Positions 63,535 to 64,000 of a stretch of DNA of 64,000 nt are shown piece by piece. This stretch comes from Podarcis cretensis (taxonomy: Eukaryota). The position numbers were made by a program, and so were the translations under genes. The first letter of the stretch is position 1. The number at the start of each line of letters is the position of its first letter. Location: the NCBI GenBank assembly GCA_951804945.1, contig OX638159.1:25296001-25360000 (forward strand), written 5' to 3'. The notes under the pieces were generated by a model, which ran no database searches, was not told the DNA's origin, and saw nothing but the letters and a program-made list of their open reading frames with translations.

Positions 63535-64000
63535 GGCGCAGACCTTGATCCACTGATCAGCAATCTGTGAAAAATTAGAGCTATGTCCATATACTTCCTG
63601 GATTTTTGGACTGTCTGCTTCGGAAGCATTCTGAAAGCCAAATATTCTAGGCCCCTTTTGCTGAATACAATGACCATACTTCATATCACATGTGCTCAGA
63701 TGAATCATTAGATTGTCATCGCTAATAGGCTTCTTGGGGAAGAGGTTTGGCAGGCATCTCCATTAAAGCATGCACATTTTGACTTATATCTTCCTGGAGT
63801 TTCAAAATATTATTAACATCTTCTACCCTGCCTCCTGTCTGTGAAATAATGTCATTTGTGCAAATACATTTAGTATTTAGTACTCACATCATATTTCATA
63901 TCCTAAAAGTATCTGTCTCTCAAAAGAAAACAGGCCAAGAAATGGAAGTTATTACCATTGCTGCTTTGGAAGGAATTCATCTTCTTCCTCCTCCAACCCT

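Noticed and set aside
1-64000. Host protein-coding gene, CRISPR array, rRNA or prokaryotic system
   Set aside because: The sequence is vertebrate repeat-rich DNA with no recognisable coding exon, repeat-spacer array or rRNA. Small exons could have been missed by eye.

Overview
Repeat-rich vertebrate genomic DNA from a squamate reptile, most likely a lacertid lizard. This is inferred from Sauria SINEs, Squam3-like SINEs, tRNA/CR1 SINEs and the L2 3' tail type. I recognised no host protein-coding exon; the window looks intronic or intergenic, and the supplied ORFs are mostly chance frames or decayed retroelement fragments. Contents: seven Sauria SINEs (four near-identical young copies with target-site duplications, TSDs), many L2 3' fragments, a decayed L2 reverse transcriptase (RT) region, an L1 ORF2 C-terminal fragment, an RTE-X-like 3' end, CR1 ends, solo LTRs, hAT and Tc1/mariner MITEs, and several nested insertions. 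Four signals stand out. (1) A 598-bp solo LTR whose presumed U3 is one 129-codon ORF with a strictly acidic-then-basic charge pattern, echoed by a second decayed LTR-like sequence. (2) Five copies of a ~0.8-kb non-coding element (Ngaro/DIRS solo-repeat-like or Helitron2-like) with co-varying terminal hairpins, inverted termini and a long-range stem overlapping the poly(A) signal. (3) A 1.1-kb L1-mobilised non-autonomous element with CTCF- and YY1-like motifs at its 5' end. (4) A MITE family carrying a captured L2 tail. All family names come from recalled motif similarity, not database searches; boundaries without TSDs are approximate.
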